Below, in pieces: positions 36,595 through 46,580 of a stretch of 64,000 nucleotides of DNA; position 1 is the first letter of the stretch, and the number at the start of each line of letters is the position of its first letter. The stretch comes from Candidatus Poribacteria bacterium (GTDB taxonomy: Bacteria; Poribacteria; WGA-4E; WGA-3G). The DNA is taken from contig JAAXGN010000108.1 in the NCBI GenBank assembly GCA_012267415.1, positions 157,805-221,804 on the forward strand. The letters are read 5' to 3'. The notes beneath the pieces are model-generated. The model was given only the letters and a program-made list of their open reading frames with translations, did no database searches and was not told the DNA's origin. A program made the translations under genes and the position numbers.

Positions 36595-37634
36595 TTTTCA
36601 TTCCATTCTTCAACTATGTATTCAAAAAGTCTTAACGTTATCTGATCTCTACTTTCATATTCTAACCACTTTGTAGCAAAATCGACAAATTCGGGGTTGA
36701 TCTCTATACCCAAATATTCTAATCCCAATGCTTGTGCCACGACACATTCCGACCCTGAACCGGCAAACGGAACAAGCACCTTTCCATTTGTCCCATTGAT
36801 ACGAGAGAGTATAAGTCTTTTTGTCAATTCCATCGGTTTTTGGGTTGGATGTTTCAAAATATTATGTTCTCGGTGTTCAGATAATTCACCTGGTGGATAG
36901 ATCTGATCTTCACACGTTCTACAAACGAACCACCTTTCAGCACGACCAGCCCCCCCTGCTAATGCTGGAATTTTGATTACATCTCTCGGCAAAGCACCGT
37001 TTTTATGGGCATTGTAGGTTGTTATTTTGCCTGGTGAACCGTAGCGTGAAGGTGTATCTTTTCGTTCTTTTCCTGCAGCATTTTTTAGGAAGTTTTCGGT
37101 ATAAGGTTCTCTGATCTGATCTACTTCCAAATTTGTGCGTGGCATATTCGGTTTCCAGAGACATAATATCGTCTCATGCGATCTTTGCCAGAATTTTAGT
37201 GACGGTACGGTTTTGTTAGTATAATGCCAGACCAGCCAACGTTGTTCATGAATCGGGAAACAGACAGATATTCTTGCGATGATTTCGGGGAATCCGTATA
37301 GGTAAAGTAAGCCGTCATCTGTGAGAAGGTGAAGACAGTCTTTTATCCACGATTCTGACCATTGGACATAATCGTCCATCGGCATGACTTCTGCATCATT
37401 CCCGAAATCTTTGCCGATATTGTAAGGTGGATCAGCAATAATCACATCGTATTGCTTCTCAGATTTGATGAGTTCTGGTAGTATTTTTGTTGTATCTGCG
37501 GCAATAATAGTGTTGATGCATGTGTCTTCCTTCATTTTTTGTTTAACCAGTTTCCCTTCTCCCAGTGTGTCGATGGTGATCTGTTTATTTTCTAATTGAC
37601 TGTCATTAAGAAGACGTTGCTCAGCGATATTCAT
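36582..37634 (-). CDS. DNA methyltransferase of the beta-class N4/N6 family (DPPY motif), M1 of the R-M operon.
   Basis: IIADPPYNIG and PFAGSGSECVVAQALGLEYLGIEINPEFV. N-terminus is MNIAEQRLLNDSQLENKQITIDTLGEGKLV. Confidence 0.85.
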   Translation of the reverse strand: MNIAEQRLLNDSQLENKQITIDTLGEGKLVKQKMKEDTCINTIIAADTTKILPELIKSEKQYDVIIADPPYNIGKDFGNDAEVMPMDDYVQWSESWIKDCLHLLTDDGLLYLYGFPEIIARISVCFPIHEQRWLVWHYTNKTVPSLKFWQRSHETILCLWKPNMPRTNLEVDQIREPYTENFLKNAAGKERKDTPSRYGSPGKITTYNAHKNGALPRDVIKIPALAGGAGRAERWFVCRTCEDQIYPPGELSEHREHNILKHPTQKPMELTKRLILSRINGTNGKVLVPFAGSGSECVVAQALGLEYLGIEINPEFVDFATKWLEYESRDQITLRLFEYIVEEWNEKCTD

Positions 37635-37761
37635 GATTTCATATACCTTGAAGTTAACAACGTTCTTGATTAACTGTAAGATACATTGGGTATAAATAGT
37701 ATATCAGAATGGCATCAAGAATTCAATATTGAATAAAGAAAATGAGAGAAGATAAGATACG

Positions 37762-39417
37762 CTACCGAAGCGTTACTGGTAGCTTACCAGTTGCCAGTTT
37801 CTTACCTAATAGCACCTCTACAGCCGCAAGAAGGGAATAATAGTTGCTATCATACGCAGCGATGGCACAATCAACATCAGGACAGATACTCAGAAGATAA
37901 GGGGATGCATGAGATATGACAACAATGGGAACATCCGTCTTCTGACTCAATATGTGCAACATTTTTGCTTGTTCACTGTTCACTATGCCTGCAACAATTT
38001 TGGACGGTTTAGACAGTAAAAGTTGTGATGCAACCTGTTGTGGATTTATTCCGCTGGGAATCAATACTGGGGTGATGTGTGTTAGATCGGTATGTGCCTT
38101 CAGATAAGCATTCGTAAAATTACGAGATGGACTCAGTAGCAAAACCGGTTCCTTTGGTTCAGCACTCATCGGAATAATGTTCTGCGTATTCTTTACAATG
38201 GTTATGGACCTGTTAGCAATTGTTTGTGCCACGTCTCTGTGCTGCCTGTTGCCTACGATTGCTATTTCAGTTCCGATACTATCTGGATTATTCAACAATG
38301 CCTCCTGTTGATCAAACAGACCGTAAGCACTTTTGTAGTACAAGATTCTTCGTACTGAATTGTCAATACGCATGGGTGAGATAATCTTCTTTTGGACTGC
38401 TTGCCGAATGGCACTAAAGACCCTCTGCTGCATCTTGAAAGTTGCTGACACGAGTATAATGTCAGCTCCTGCCTGTATTGCTAATACGGCTGCGTTTCCA
38501 ATTTCATATTGGTCATCAATTGCCTTCATCTCCATGTCATCCGTCATGATAAGACCTTCAAATCCTAAACGTTGCCGTAGGAGTCTCGTCAGTATCTTAG
38601 ACGATAATGTTGCAGGATATTCTGGGTCCAATTTTGGATAGAGCACATGTGCGGACATAATTGCTGCTACATCTGAATCAATAGCAGCACGAAATGGATG
38701 CAATTCAATCTCATCAATTCGTTCTTGGCTGTGTTCAATAACGGGCAGTTTAAAATGTGAGTCCAGACTTGCGTCTCCGTGACCAGGGAAGTGTTTCGCA
38801 GTTGCAAGAACACCATTCTTTTGAAGACTCTGGATATAGGCTGTACCGAGTTGGGATACAAGTGTAGGTGTCTCACTATAGGAGCGAACCCCAATAACTG
38901 GATTTATCGGGTTCGTATTTACATCCATGACAGGTGCACAATTGAAGTTAATCCCTACTGCGGATAATTCGATTGCTGTTAGTTCACCGGTCTTTGCTGC
39001 TAAATCCTGAGACCTTGTTGCACCTAAAGCCATATTCCCGGGTAGAACTGTCGCACCTTTCTTTAACCTTGCAACTATGCCACCTTCTTGGTCAACGGCA
39101 ATAAATAACGGTATGCCGTTCGGGTTCTCCGCCGCCAATCGTTGAAGTGATGTTGTAAGTGCCACGACTTGCGATGCCTCTTGAATATTCCTGCTAAAAA
39201 GGATAATTCCACCGACACGACGTTTGGATATGTGTGCTTCTGCGACAGGACCGATCTCTCTACCTCCAATACCGTATAAAAGGAGTTGACCGATTTTTTC
39301 ATCTATCGTCATCCTACCTAACATTACTTCAATTTCTGCATTAGACAAAGCATAAGAAGAAATTGAGACAGATACAATAAGAAACATTACAAAAAAGGTT
39401 TTATAGAATAATTGCAC
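37762..39417 (-). CDS. Glycoside hydrolase family 3, beta-N-acetylhexosaminidase (NagZ-like), with a signal peptide.
   Basis: KIGQLLLYGIGG...RRVGGIILFSRNI...FIAVDQEGGIVARL...KHFPGHGD is canonical GH3 N-domain sequence. 551 aa with a C-terminal domain. Confidence 0.85.
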   Translation of the reverse strand: MQLFYKTFFVMFLIVSVSISSYALSNAEIEVMLGRMTIDEKIGQLLLYGIGGREIGPVAEAHISKRRVGGIILFSRNIQEASQVVALTTSLQRLAAENPNGIPLFIAVDQEGGIVARLKKGATVLPGNMALGATRSQDLAAKTGELTAIELSAVGINFNCAPVMDVNTNPINPVIGVRSYSETPTLVSQLGTAYIQSLQKNGVLATAKHFPGHGDASLDSHFKLPVIEHSQERIDEIELHPFRAAIDSDVAAIMSAHVLYPKLDPEYPATLSSKILTRLLRQRLGFEGLIMTDDMEMKAIDDQYEIGNAAVLAIQAGADIILVSATFKMQQRVFSAIRQAVQKKIISPMRIDNSVRRILYYKSAYGLFDQQEALLNNPDSIGTEIAIVGNRQHRDVAQTIANRSITIVKNTQNIIPMSAEPKEPVLLLSPSRNFTNAYLKAHTDLTHITPVLIPSGINPQQVASQLLLSKPSKIVAGIVNSEQAKMLHILSQKTDVPIVVISHASPYLLSICPDVDCAIAAYDSNYYSLLAAVEVLLGKKLATGKLPVTLR

Positions 39418-39442
39418 AGGAATCCTCCATTAATTTACGGGT

Positions 39443-42400
39443 TTATTCATCCACTGTCTTTTCCGATAGTGCTTTGAAATACTGACGAAGTTGTTCACGA
39501 TATTGGTACGGAATGTTTTCAAATTCCTTTGCATTGGGTGCTATATCAAGTTTACGTACATATTCTAAAAGGTCTGGATGAAGCGGTGGCACATCTTGAG
39601 CGGGGGTTGAAGGTCTTTTAGCGACTTGTGCCTTACGTCTTCTGCCGACATCCCGTTTTTCCAACGATTTTAAACTATCAAGCATCCTCGTCAAAATACG
39701 TTTTTGTTGGTCAACAACATCCTTATCCAGAGTCCCTTGTTTTAGTTTTGTTTCTACATCTTCCATCTCTTCTGCGACATTCTGTAAACTTCCCAAGATT
39801 TCTGAAGCCTCATCAGCAATTTTTGAAAGTCTTTCTGTTGCTTCTCTGATCAGTTGTTGTTGGGAGGCAATCCTTTCAAGCCGTTGTTGAAGACTGGGTG
39901 TACGTCCCTGTTCACGCATCTGTTGACTAAGTCTCTCTGCCATCTCATTCAGCTGTTCTTGACTCTGTGCAAGTTGTTGCAGCTGTTCCAACATGCTTTG
40001 TAGTCCACCCGCACCCATCTGCTGACTCATTTGAGCCATAGCATCTAACATATCAGAAATTGCCTGATTGATGTCAGCAAGTCCTGTTCTTTGAATAGGC
40101 AATGCGAGCGATGCTTCTCTATCTTCCAAAGCACGGGCAGCACGACCCAGTGCATCACTTGACGCATTGAGTCGCCATACGATCTTCGGGTCCACCTCCA
40201 TCTGCTGTTTACCAAGTTCCCACAAATTTTCAGCAATTTGAGATATTCCTTGAGACGCGCTCAGTTCTTTAGCAGCGAGTTCCTGAAGCCGTTTAATCTC
40301 GCTCGGAACATGTTCTTCAAGACTGGATATAGTCAAACCCTCTGTCTGTTCAATTACTTTCTCATGGAGATGCGAATAATATAGACCGCTCTTTACAGCC
40401 TCATTCATAGCAGCTAATGCCTGTTCACTGTTAGAACCCTGCATAAATTCCAGAGCATTGTCTAATCCTTGTGCTAACTCAGTCATAGTCTGTTCTGCTT
40501 CCCTACCGGTTTCTAATGCTTGCTGTTTGTTTTCATTGCGTAAACTTTGACTGGTACTCTGTAAATTATCAGGAAGTTGTTGATCTTTTGTATACTGATT
40601 AAGTCGTTTTACCTCATCCGCAACTTTCTGAATCTGCGGTGCTATATTCTCCTGAGATTTTGCAGTATCCGCCAGTTCATCTCCGATTGACTCTAATTTG
40701 TCGCTGAGTTTATCTGTTTCTTTCTTGATCATGTCCTCTTTCTGTGCAGCGTCATCCATTTTGGATTTTTCTGAAAGAGCAGTCTCCGATGAATCCTCAG
40801 TCCGTTCATCACTACCTTCAGAATCTTGCATATCTTCTGTATTCTCAGATACAGCAGTATCTAATGAGTCCATTAACGTTTTCTGTTGTTCGGCTAATTG
40901 CTGTGCTTGCTTTGCTGCAGCTTCAAGCTTCTGCTGCAAAATCAGCTGCTCATATAGAGATTTGAGCCGTTCAAGCTGCTGTTGAAACTGTTCCTGATTG
41001 AAATTGGCTTGAGTAAGATCACTCTGCTGTTGAGAAAGTTCCTGTTTCGCTAACGCTTCACCCAATTGTTTGAGAATCTCCCGTTGTTCCTCTGTGAGTG
41101 CTTCCTTCATCAACTCTTGAAGTTCTTGATATTTCTGAATTGTTTCTGGTTCAAAGAGTTCATTCTTTTCCATATCAGTAGCTGTCTGTTGCATAGAATC
41201 AATTAGATCATTTGCTTTTTCTTCTATCTGCTGCTGCGATTCAACGACCTGCTTTAGCAGTTTCTCATCTGTCAAAGAGAGATCTTTGAACTTTCTTATT
41301 TTCTCAAGTATATTTTCAACCGCGCTGGTCGCTTCAGCCTGTTCATCATAGAGTTCATCAAGGCTCTGTTGCTCAGTTTCTTGTTCCGCTGCAATGTCAT
41401 CATAGAGTTCATCAAGTGTTGGAAAACGTAGCGTAAATGTCCGAGATTTTCCAATATTTGGACCGGAGACATCATCAGTATCTATTGCCTGCACGTAATA
41501 CGACAGTGTCTCACCGGGAAATAGTCCGATCGGAGCAATATCCCAAGCATACGTAAGAAATTGTGTTGTCAGAGGCGGTGAGGTGTTATGCGGCACATGT
41601 TTCAAAGTCGTTTTTATGGGATTAAAGTCATCTTTCTGTATACGATAGACTAATTGAACATTTTGAAGTCCATAGTCATCAGTGACATCAACCTTCAATC
41701 TGACGATTAGGTCTGTATCCAATACAAGGTCTTTACCAGGTTCAATTATATCAACCTGTGGTGCCTCATCCTTGAAGACATTCAACGTGTATGTAAGTGG
41801 AACCTTATTGGACATACCGTGTTCATCCTGAACATGAATATGATACGTGCTTGCTTGTTTTGCTATAAAACTACCCTTCATATTTGTCCCCTCTAATGTA
41901 GAGAAGTCTATATTAATATTGACAGGGTCAGAATCTTGAAAAATCAGGTGTGCTTCAGAAAGTGGTTTATTACTCACGCCTGTAAATGTTATCTCTGTTC
42001 CATATAATACCTCAACATCACCAACATTTGCATCTAACTGTTGTGAAGGTAATTGTGTATAATTGGGGTATGTGAGTTCAAGTTGAAATGTCTTGACAAT
42101 CGGTTCCTCACTGACAGTAACTTGAAAGTGTGTTGACATTACATCTTTTGTTGAGACATAGTATTGCATTGAACGGTCAATTTGCTCTATCGTAGCTGAA
42201 TATAAGGCTTCATTAGCGTTCCGATTCATCTGAATAGATTGCCATCTGTCAGGATTAGCATCATGGGATAATTGTGTATCTTTATCAACTACATTCCCCT
42301 TGATTTCATTATCCTTACTACTTTCCGTTTCACCTTTTTCTGTTAGTTGATAATAGATCGCAACAGGTGCATCAAGATGTCCACTCACTTTCGCTGTAAC

Positions 42401-43060
42401 AGTGATATCCTCTCCTCTTTTGATTTGAATATTACCGGGACTCACATTCTCAATACTTGCAGCGAATCCATCTGACGGTTTTATCGGTATAGACTCAATA
42501 GTACGCGTAAATCCATTCAGTGAAGAGGGCAGCAGGAAGTTAGCCAGAATAAGTAGCGCAAATCCAAAAATAGCGAACAGTGAATTCATTCTGATTCTTC
42601 TGAATCCAGTTTGAAAAATCCTTGCTGATTTAATTTGATCTATATCATTTTGCGTCTGTAGGATCAATTGCTCAATAAATTCCGGGGCATACCCCAACCG
42701 ATTTTCATCTAATGTGGGTCTTAGTTGAATGGAACTCAGAATCCTGTTTTCAATACTCGGATAGAATGTTTCCAGAAAGGCAGCAACTTTTGCATAAGGT
42801 AATTTTCTTGTCAATGGGATAATAAGAACACGTAGTGTAATGTAGACGCCAAAACCGATACAAACAACTAAGAGGAGAGAGTTTAGAATTGGGTTTAAGG
42901 GTAACTGAAAGATGAGCAAAACAACTGTCAAGGTAATGGCAAGAATACTGAGCAGTTTTAGCAACCGCTCAGAGAAGATTAACCAACGCCAATTTCTTCT
43001 GACAGCATTTAGTTTATCTATGATAGTTTGATAAACCTGATGAGGAGTATTTTCTTGCAT
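39443..43060 (-). CDS. Giant membrane protein (1205 aa) with two or three N-terminal transmembrane helices, a beta-rich periplasmic segment and a very long Q/E-rich coiled coil.
   Basis: Transmembrane segments at about 35-80 and 160-180. The region from about 560 to 1200 is low-complexity coiled coil (QQ.. EE.. LEKR...). It is the last gene of the DUF4159/vWA cluster. Confidence 0.55.
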   Translation of the reverse strand: MQENTPHQVYQTIIDKLNAVRRNWRWLIFSERLLKLLSILAITLTVVLLIFQLPLNPILNSLLLVVCIGFGVYITLRVLIIPLTRKLPYAKVAAFLETFYPSIENRILSSIQLRPTLDENRLGYAPEFIEQLILQTQNDIDQIKSARIFQTGFRRIRMNSLFAIFGFALLILANFLLPSSLNGFTRTIESIPIKPSDGFAASIENVSPGNIQIKRGEDITVTAKVSGHLDAPVAIYYQLTEKGETESSKDNEIKGNVVDKDTQLSHDANPDRWQSIQMNRNANEALYSATIEQIDRSMQYYVSTKDVMSTHFQVTVSEEPIVKTFQLELTYPNYTQLPSQQLDANVGDVEVLYGTEITFTGVSNKPLSEAHLIFQDSDPVNINIDFSTLEGTNMKGSFIAKQASTYHIHVQDEHGMSNKVPLTYTLNVFKDEAPQVDIIEPGKDLVLDTDLIVRLKVDVTDDYGLQNVQLVYRIQKDDFNPIKTTLKHVPHNTSPPLTTQFLTYAWDIAPIGLFPGETLSYYVQAIDTDDVSGPNIGKSRTFTLRFPTLDELYDDIAAEQETEQQSLDELYDEQAEATSAVENILEKIRKFKDLSLTDEKLLKQVVESQQQIEEKANDLIDSMQQTATDMEKNELFEPETIQKYQELQELMKEALTEEQREILKQLGEALAKQELSQQQSDLTQANFNQEQFQQQLERLKSLYEQLILQQKLEAAAKQAQQLAEQQKTLMDSLDTAVSENTEDMQDSEGSDERTEDSSETALSEKSKMDDAAQKEDMIKKETDKLSDKLESIGDELADTAKSQENIAPQIQKVADEVKRLNQYTKDQQLPDNLQSTSQSLRNENKQQALETGREAEQTMTELAQGLDNALEFMQGSNSEQALAAMNEAVKSGLYYSHLHEKVIEQTEGLTISSLEEHVPSEIKRLQELAAKELSASQGISQIAENLWELGKQQMEVDPKIVWRLNASSDALGRAARALEDREASLALPIQRTGLADINQAISDMLDAMAQMSQQMGAGGLQSMLEQLQQLAQSQEQLNEMAERLSQQMREQGRTPSLQQRLERIASQQQLIREATERLSKIADEASEILGSLQNVAEEMEDVETKLKQGTLDKDVVDQQKRILTRMLDSLKSLEKRDVGRRRKAQVAKRPSTPAQDVPPLHPDLLEYVRKLDIAPNAKEFENIPYQYREQLRQYFKALSEKTVDE

Positions 43061-43086
43061 AAGGATATTCCAATATCAAATAGTTT

Positions 43087-43761
43087 CTAATGCGTTAGCA
43101 CATAAACAGCCAGGTTAACAGCCATCTTAGATGCAAGTTCACGAACTTCTGGTGTATCATCCGGATACACTCTTGCATCTTCTAATCCATCTCCTATATC
43201 CGAACTATAAGCATAGAAGAGGACCATTCTGCCATCGTGAAAAAGACCAAAACCTTGGGCTGGATGGGAATCATGTTCATGGATTTTCGGTAGTCCCGGT
43301 AGATCATAAAAACAGTTATATATCAAATGTGAATTTGGAATAGGCTGTAATTCCTGTTTTGGAAATACACGACTTATCTCTCGCCGAAAACTCTTATCTA
43401 ATCCGTAATCATCATTTACGAAAAGAAATCCGCCGCGCGTGAGATATTCACGTAACGCTACAACTTCAGAATCTGTTAACCGTATATTCCCGTGACCAAC
43501 GAGGTAAAGCATAGGGTATCTATAAAGGTCATGATCTGTTAATTTTAGTATAACTCTATCCTCAGCAGTATCAATATCTGTTCTTTCGCGTAGTATATTC
43601 AGCCAATTTCTGATGGCAGAGGGGTCTCCATACCAATCCCCACCCCCTGCATATTGAATCTGAGCAATCGTGAAACGTTCTCCAGCCCCTTGTGTACTTA
43701 AAAGCAGGAAGAAGAATATGCTACATACTGAAAACAACCTAAACATTGTATCTTTTTTCAT
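43087..43761 (-). CDS. DUF4159-like secreted protein.
   Basis: Signal peptide. GGGDWYGDPSAIRNWLNILRERTDIDTAEDRVILKLTDHDLYRYPMLYLVGHGNIRLTDSEVVALREYLTRGGFLFVNDDYGLD matches the DUF4159 pattern. Confidence 0.6.
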   Translation of the reverse strand: MKKDTMFRLFSVCSIFFFLLLSTQGAGERFTIAQIQYAGGGDWYGDPSAIRNWLNILRERTDIDTAEDRVILKLTDHDLYRYPMLYLVGHGNIRLTDSEVVALREYLTRGGFLFVNDDYGLDKSFRREISRVFPKQELQPIPNSHLIYNCFYDLPGLPKIHEHDSHPAQGFGLFHDGRMVLFYAYSSDIGDGLEDARVYPDDTPEVRELASKMAVNLAVYVLTH

Positions 43762-43885
43762 GGGACAGTTTCAACTATTATAACCTAAGTTGCCACCTTG
43801 TAGCACAATCTGTTAGATTGTGCCTGTGAAACGCAAACTAAAAGTTTGCGCTACAAAATACACGTTTCTTTTCATTGAAACAACT

Positions 43886-46180
43886 TTAAACGAGTCCAAC
43901 CCGTTTCCGAATGATCCATTCTGAACCTAAAAAGCCGACTATTATTATAAGCAAAAGTGGATTTGTCCATAAATCTCTTTGTGTGTCAACAAATACCGGC
44001 TTTTCAACTGTCTTTATATGCTTATGTAAATTGTCTATGGAATCAATATTCAGATAAACACCACCTGTCTGTTGTGCAATTTCCTTCAAAAACGTCTCAT
44101 TTAGCTGCGGTGACTCCATTTCAATAAGTTGTTGATGAACAGAAATGTTTATCTCATCTTCATCAAGCATTCTATTCTCTCTCATAGCAACAGCACGGAT
44201 TTTGTATCTACCATATTCATCTAACTTCAACTTTGCCGAATAATTCCCCACATTACCTGCTTGTGATTCTATTTTCCCATTCCGAGTCTTTAGTGGAAAC
44301 GTTGTACCACGTGGCGATGTTATTTCCAATTGCACATCTATAAGCTCATGGGACTGAAATGTTTGTAAGAATGTCCTTACCCGAATTTCAACTTCATCAT
44401 ACTGTGCATAACTTGAAGCATCTGTTGAAATATAAACGCTCTTATCTTCAGATTCTTGTGCCATCCACCGAATTGTTTGTGCCCAAAACCGCTGATATGC
44501 AGTTCTGTATTTTGAATCTTTGTATGAATTTACGCCAAAATTCCAGTTCCACACTCCTTCGGCAGTAAATAGCAGACTTTTCCCCAATCCCACTCTCTGG
44601 AACAGAAGTATTGGACTCCCATCATGTTTATTTAGTAAGGTGGTTGCCCCCGCTTTCTGTTGATAACCTGTGAAGTAGATTGTCATCACAGGTAAGTTCT
44701 GCCACATTTCAGTATTCTGTTCATAAGAGTCATCCAACTGTAATATTGGGTGAAATAAACCTGCTTGTGTGGGAGCAACTGCAAACTCACCATGTTGTTC
44801 ATTACATCCATTATTAGGTATCTGAATCGGCAATATACCTGCAAAAAGCGTGCGGTTAAATCCGCCTCTTCCTAATGCTGTTTTGGATGGAAGGAAAATC
44901 ACAGATTTACTGTGCTCTATAACATACGTTGAAATCGCTTGCTGTTGCGTCTTCGTTAGATGTTGTTCTGATAAATCACCAAGTATCAAGACATCGTATT
45001 GCCGTAGTTCTTCAATAGATTCCGGAAATCTAACAGGTTGGCTGGCAGATTCAATGGGGTAGTATCCATCATTTTGACTCAATACAGTTTCTGGATCAGA
45101 CTTATTGGTTCTCATCGCAATGGTTGCATCTATATCGGGATCACGTTCTAAGGTTCTCTTGAGAAACGCATACTCCCAACGCGGTCTACCTTCATAGTAA
45201 AGCACATTTAATTTTGCTTTAACAACTTTCAATGAAAACGTCTTTTCATTATTGGCATAAGTAAGTTCCCCTTCAAGTGAAGGTATCGTTACTGAATACT
45301 GGTAATTGCCTTCTCTTTCGGGTGTTAGTTCGAGTTCAACATAATGTTGCGTTGTGTTTGTTATACGCTGATCTTGAATAGCGGTATCCTTTGGAATATC
45401 AAGTATCGTAGCATCAACAAGTTGATTACTGTCAACTTTGCGCAGTGCAACTCTTACCGATTCATTTTCATATCCGGATTGCGTAATCGTAATACCAACA
45501 ATGCTTTCGTGTCCAATATGTGCAACAGGCAGAACGTCAACCTTACTAATACGTATGTCTTTTGGTGGTACTGCTGAACCTACACCAATAGTATATATGG
45601 GAGTATCCATATCTGCGATTTCCGCAACGTTTATACTTGAGGCATTATGTGCACCATCGCTAATCAGGACTACACCCGCGTTCTGTTGTCCCTTCCAAAG
45701 ACCTACAACATCACGGATACTTGATGTAATATCAGTTAGTAAACCCTTGGGCGAAAAATCTAAGGCACTGACTGAATCTGTGTGCGTTCTTGTATCAAAA
45801 CTGTATATATGTACCTTGTAATCACTACTTAATGTTGATATGAATTGATGCGTTTCATCATTAAGGATCTGTTTAACCTGATCTAATCGTGATTGATCAG
45901 ATTTTCCAGAATAGTTATCCTCCATTTGCATACTTAATGATGTATCAACAAGAATAGATAAATTAGTAGGAGGCGTAATATCTTTCTTCTCAATGATTAC
46001 GGGTGCCAACAAGCAACCCAATAGAATCGTTATTGCGCAGAACCTTAAGGCAATTAATATGTTACGGACTGTATTATTTAACGGTTGTCCAATCCTCAAA
46101 TATCCGTATACGGTTATGCTGACTGAAATTACAATACAAAGAAGAATGCCCCACAATGGTAGATAGTATGAAAATCGCAT
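43886..46180 (-). CDS. Membrane protein with a vWA domain and a GATase1-like (ThuA/DJ-1-type) domain, BatA-like.
   Basis: Two N-terminal transmembrane segments. MIDAS motif LSILVDTSLSMQ and ...VVLISDGAHN. Later YDVLILGDLSEQHLTKTQQQAISTYVIEHSKSVIFLP is GATase1-like. Confidence 0.55.
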   Translation of the reverse strand: MRFSYYLPLWGILLCIVISVSITVYGYLRIGQPLNNTVRNILIALRFCAITILLGCLLAPVIIEKKDITPPTNLSILVDTSLSMQMEDNYSGKSDQSRLDQVKQILNDETHQFISTLSSDYKVHIYSFDTRTHTDSVSALDFSPKGLLTDITSSIRDVVGLWKGQQNAGVVLISDGAHNASSINVAEIADMDTPIYTIGVGSAVPPKDIRISKVDVLPVAHIGHESIVGITITQSGYENESVRVALRKVDSNQLVDATILDIPKDTAIQDQRITNTTQHYVELELTPEREGNYQYSVTIPSLEGELTYANNEKTFSLKVVKAKLNVLYYEGRPRWEYAFLKRTLERDPDIDATIAMRTNKSDPETVLSQNDGYYPIESASQPVRFPESIEELRQYDVLILGDLSEQHLTKTQQQAISTYVIEHSKSVIFLPSKTALGRGGFNRTLFAGILPIQIPNNGCNEQHGEFAVAPTQAGLFHPILQLDDSYEQNTEMWQNLPVMTIYFTGYQQKAGATTLLNKHDGSPILLFQRVGLGKSLLFTAEGVWNWNFGVNSYKDSKYRTAYQRFWAQTIRWMAQESEDKSVYISTDASSYAQYDEVEIRVRTFLQTFQSHELIDVQLEITSPRGTTFPLKTRNGKIESQAGNVGNYSAKLKLDEYGRYKIRAVAMRENRMLDEDEINISVHQQLIEMESPQLNETFLKEIAQQTGGVYLNIDSIDNLHKHIKTVEKPVFVDTQRDLWTNPLLLIIIVGFLGSEWIIRKRVGLV

Positions 46181-46580
46181 GCGTCCATTAGATTTCTGTT
46201 TATATGTTAATGTATAAAATGAAGATTAAATAATCAGGTAATTCTACGAATAAGACTCATCGTAGGAGTAAGGTTTCGTAGGGGCGGGGTTTCCCCGCCC
46301 GCGTATTACCCAATTAATAACTTAATCTTCATATTATACCTTGTTTCATGCCTGAATGTCAATACCAAGTGAAAATGGTGTGTGTAAAGTTTCTGTCACT
46401 TAACTGTCTGCGTTTCGGGTTACATAAAAGAGCAGAGACTGTGAAAGAAAATCTTATGTGTCAAAGAACACCTTCCGCGTCTTCCGTGTCCTCCGCGCTT
46501 TCCGCGATTCTGACAAAAAGAGGGACAATAACTTACACACCCTGATGAAAAGACTTTTATATTCTATTCAGGGTTGAGAT

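Noticed and set aside
40698-40985. Plus-strand S/C-rich 95-aa and 73-aa ORFs.
   Set aside because: They lie antisense to the coiled-coil region of the 1205-aa gene. Their low-complexity composition reflects the reverse-strand codon periodicity.
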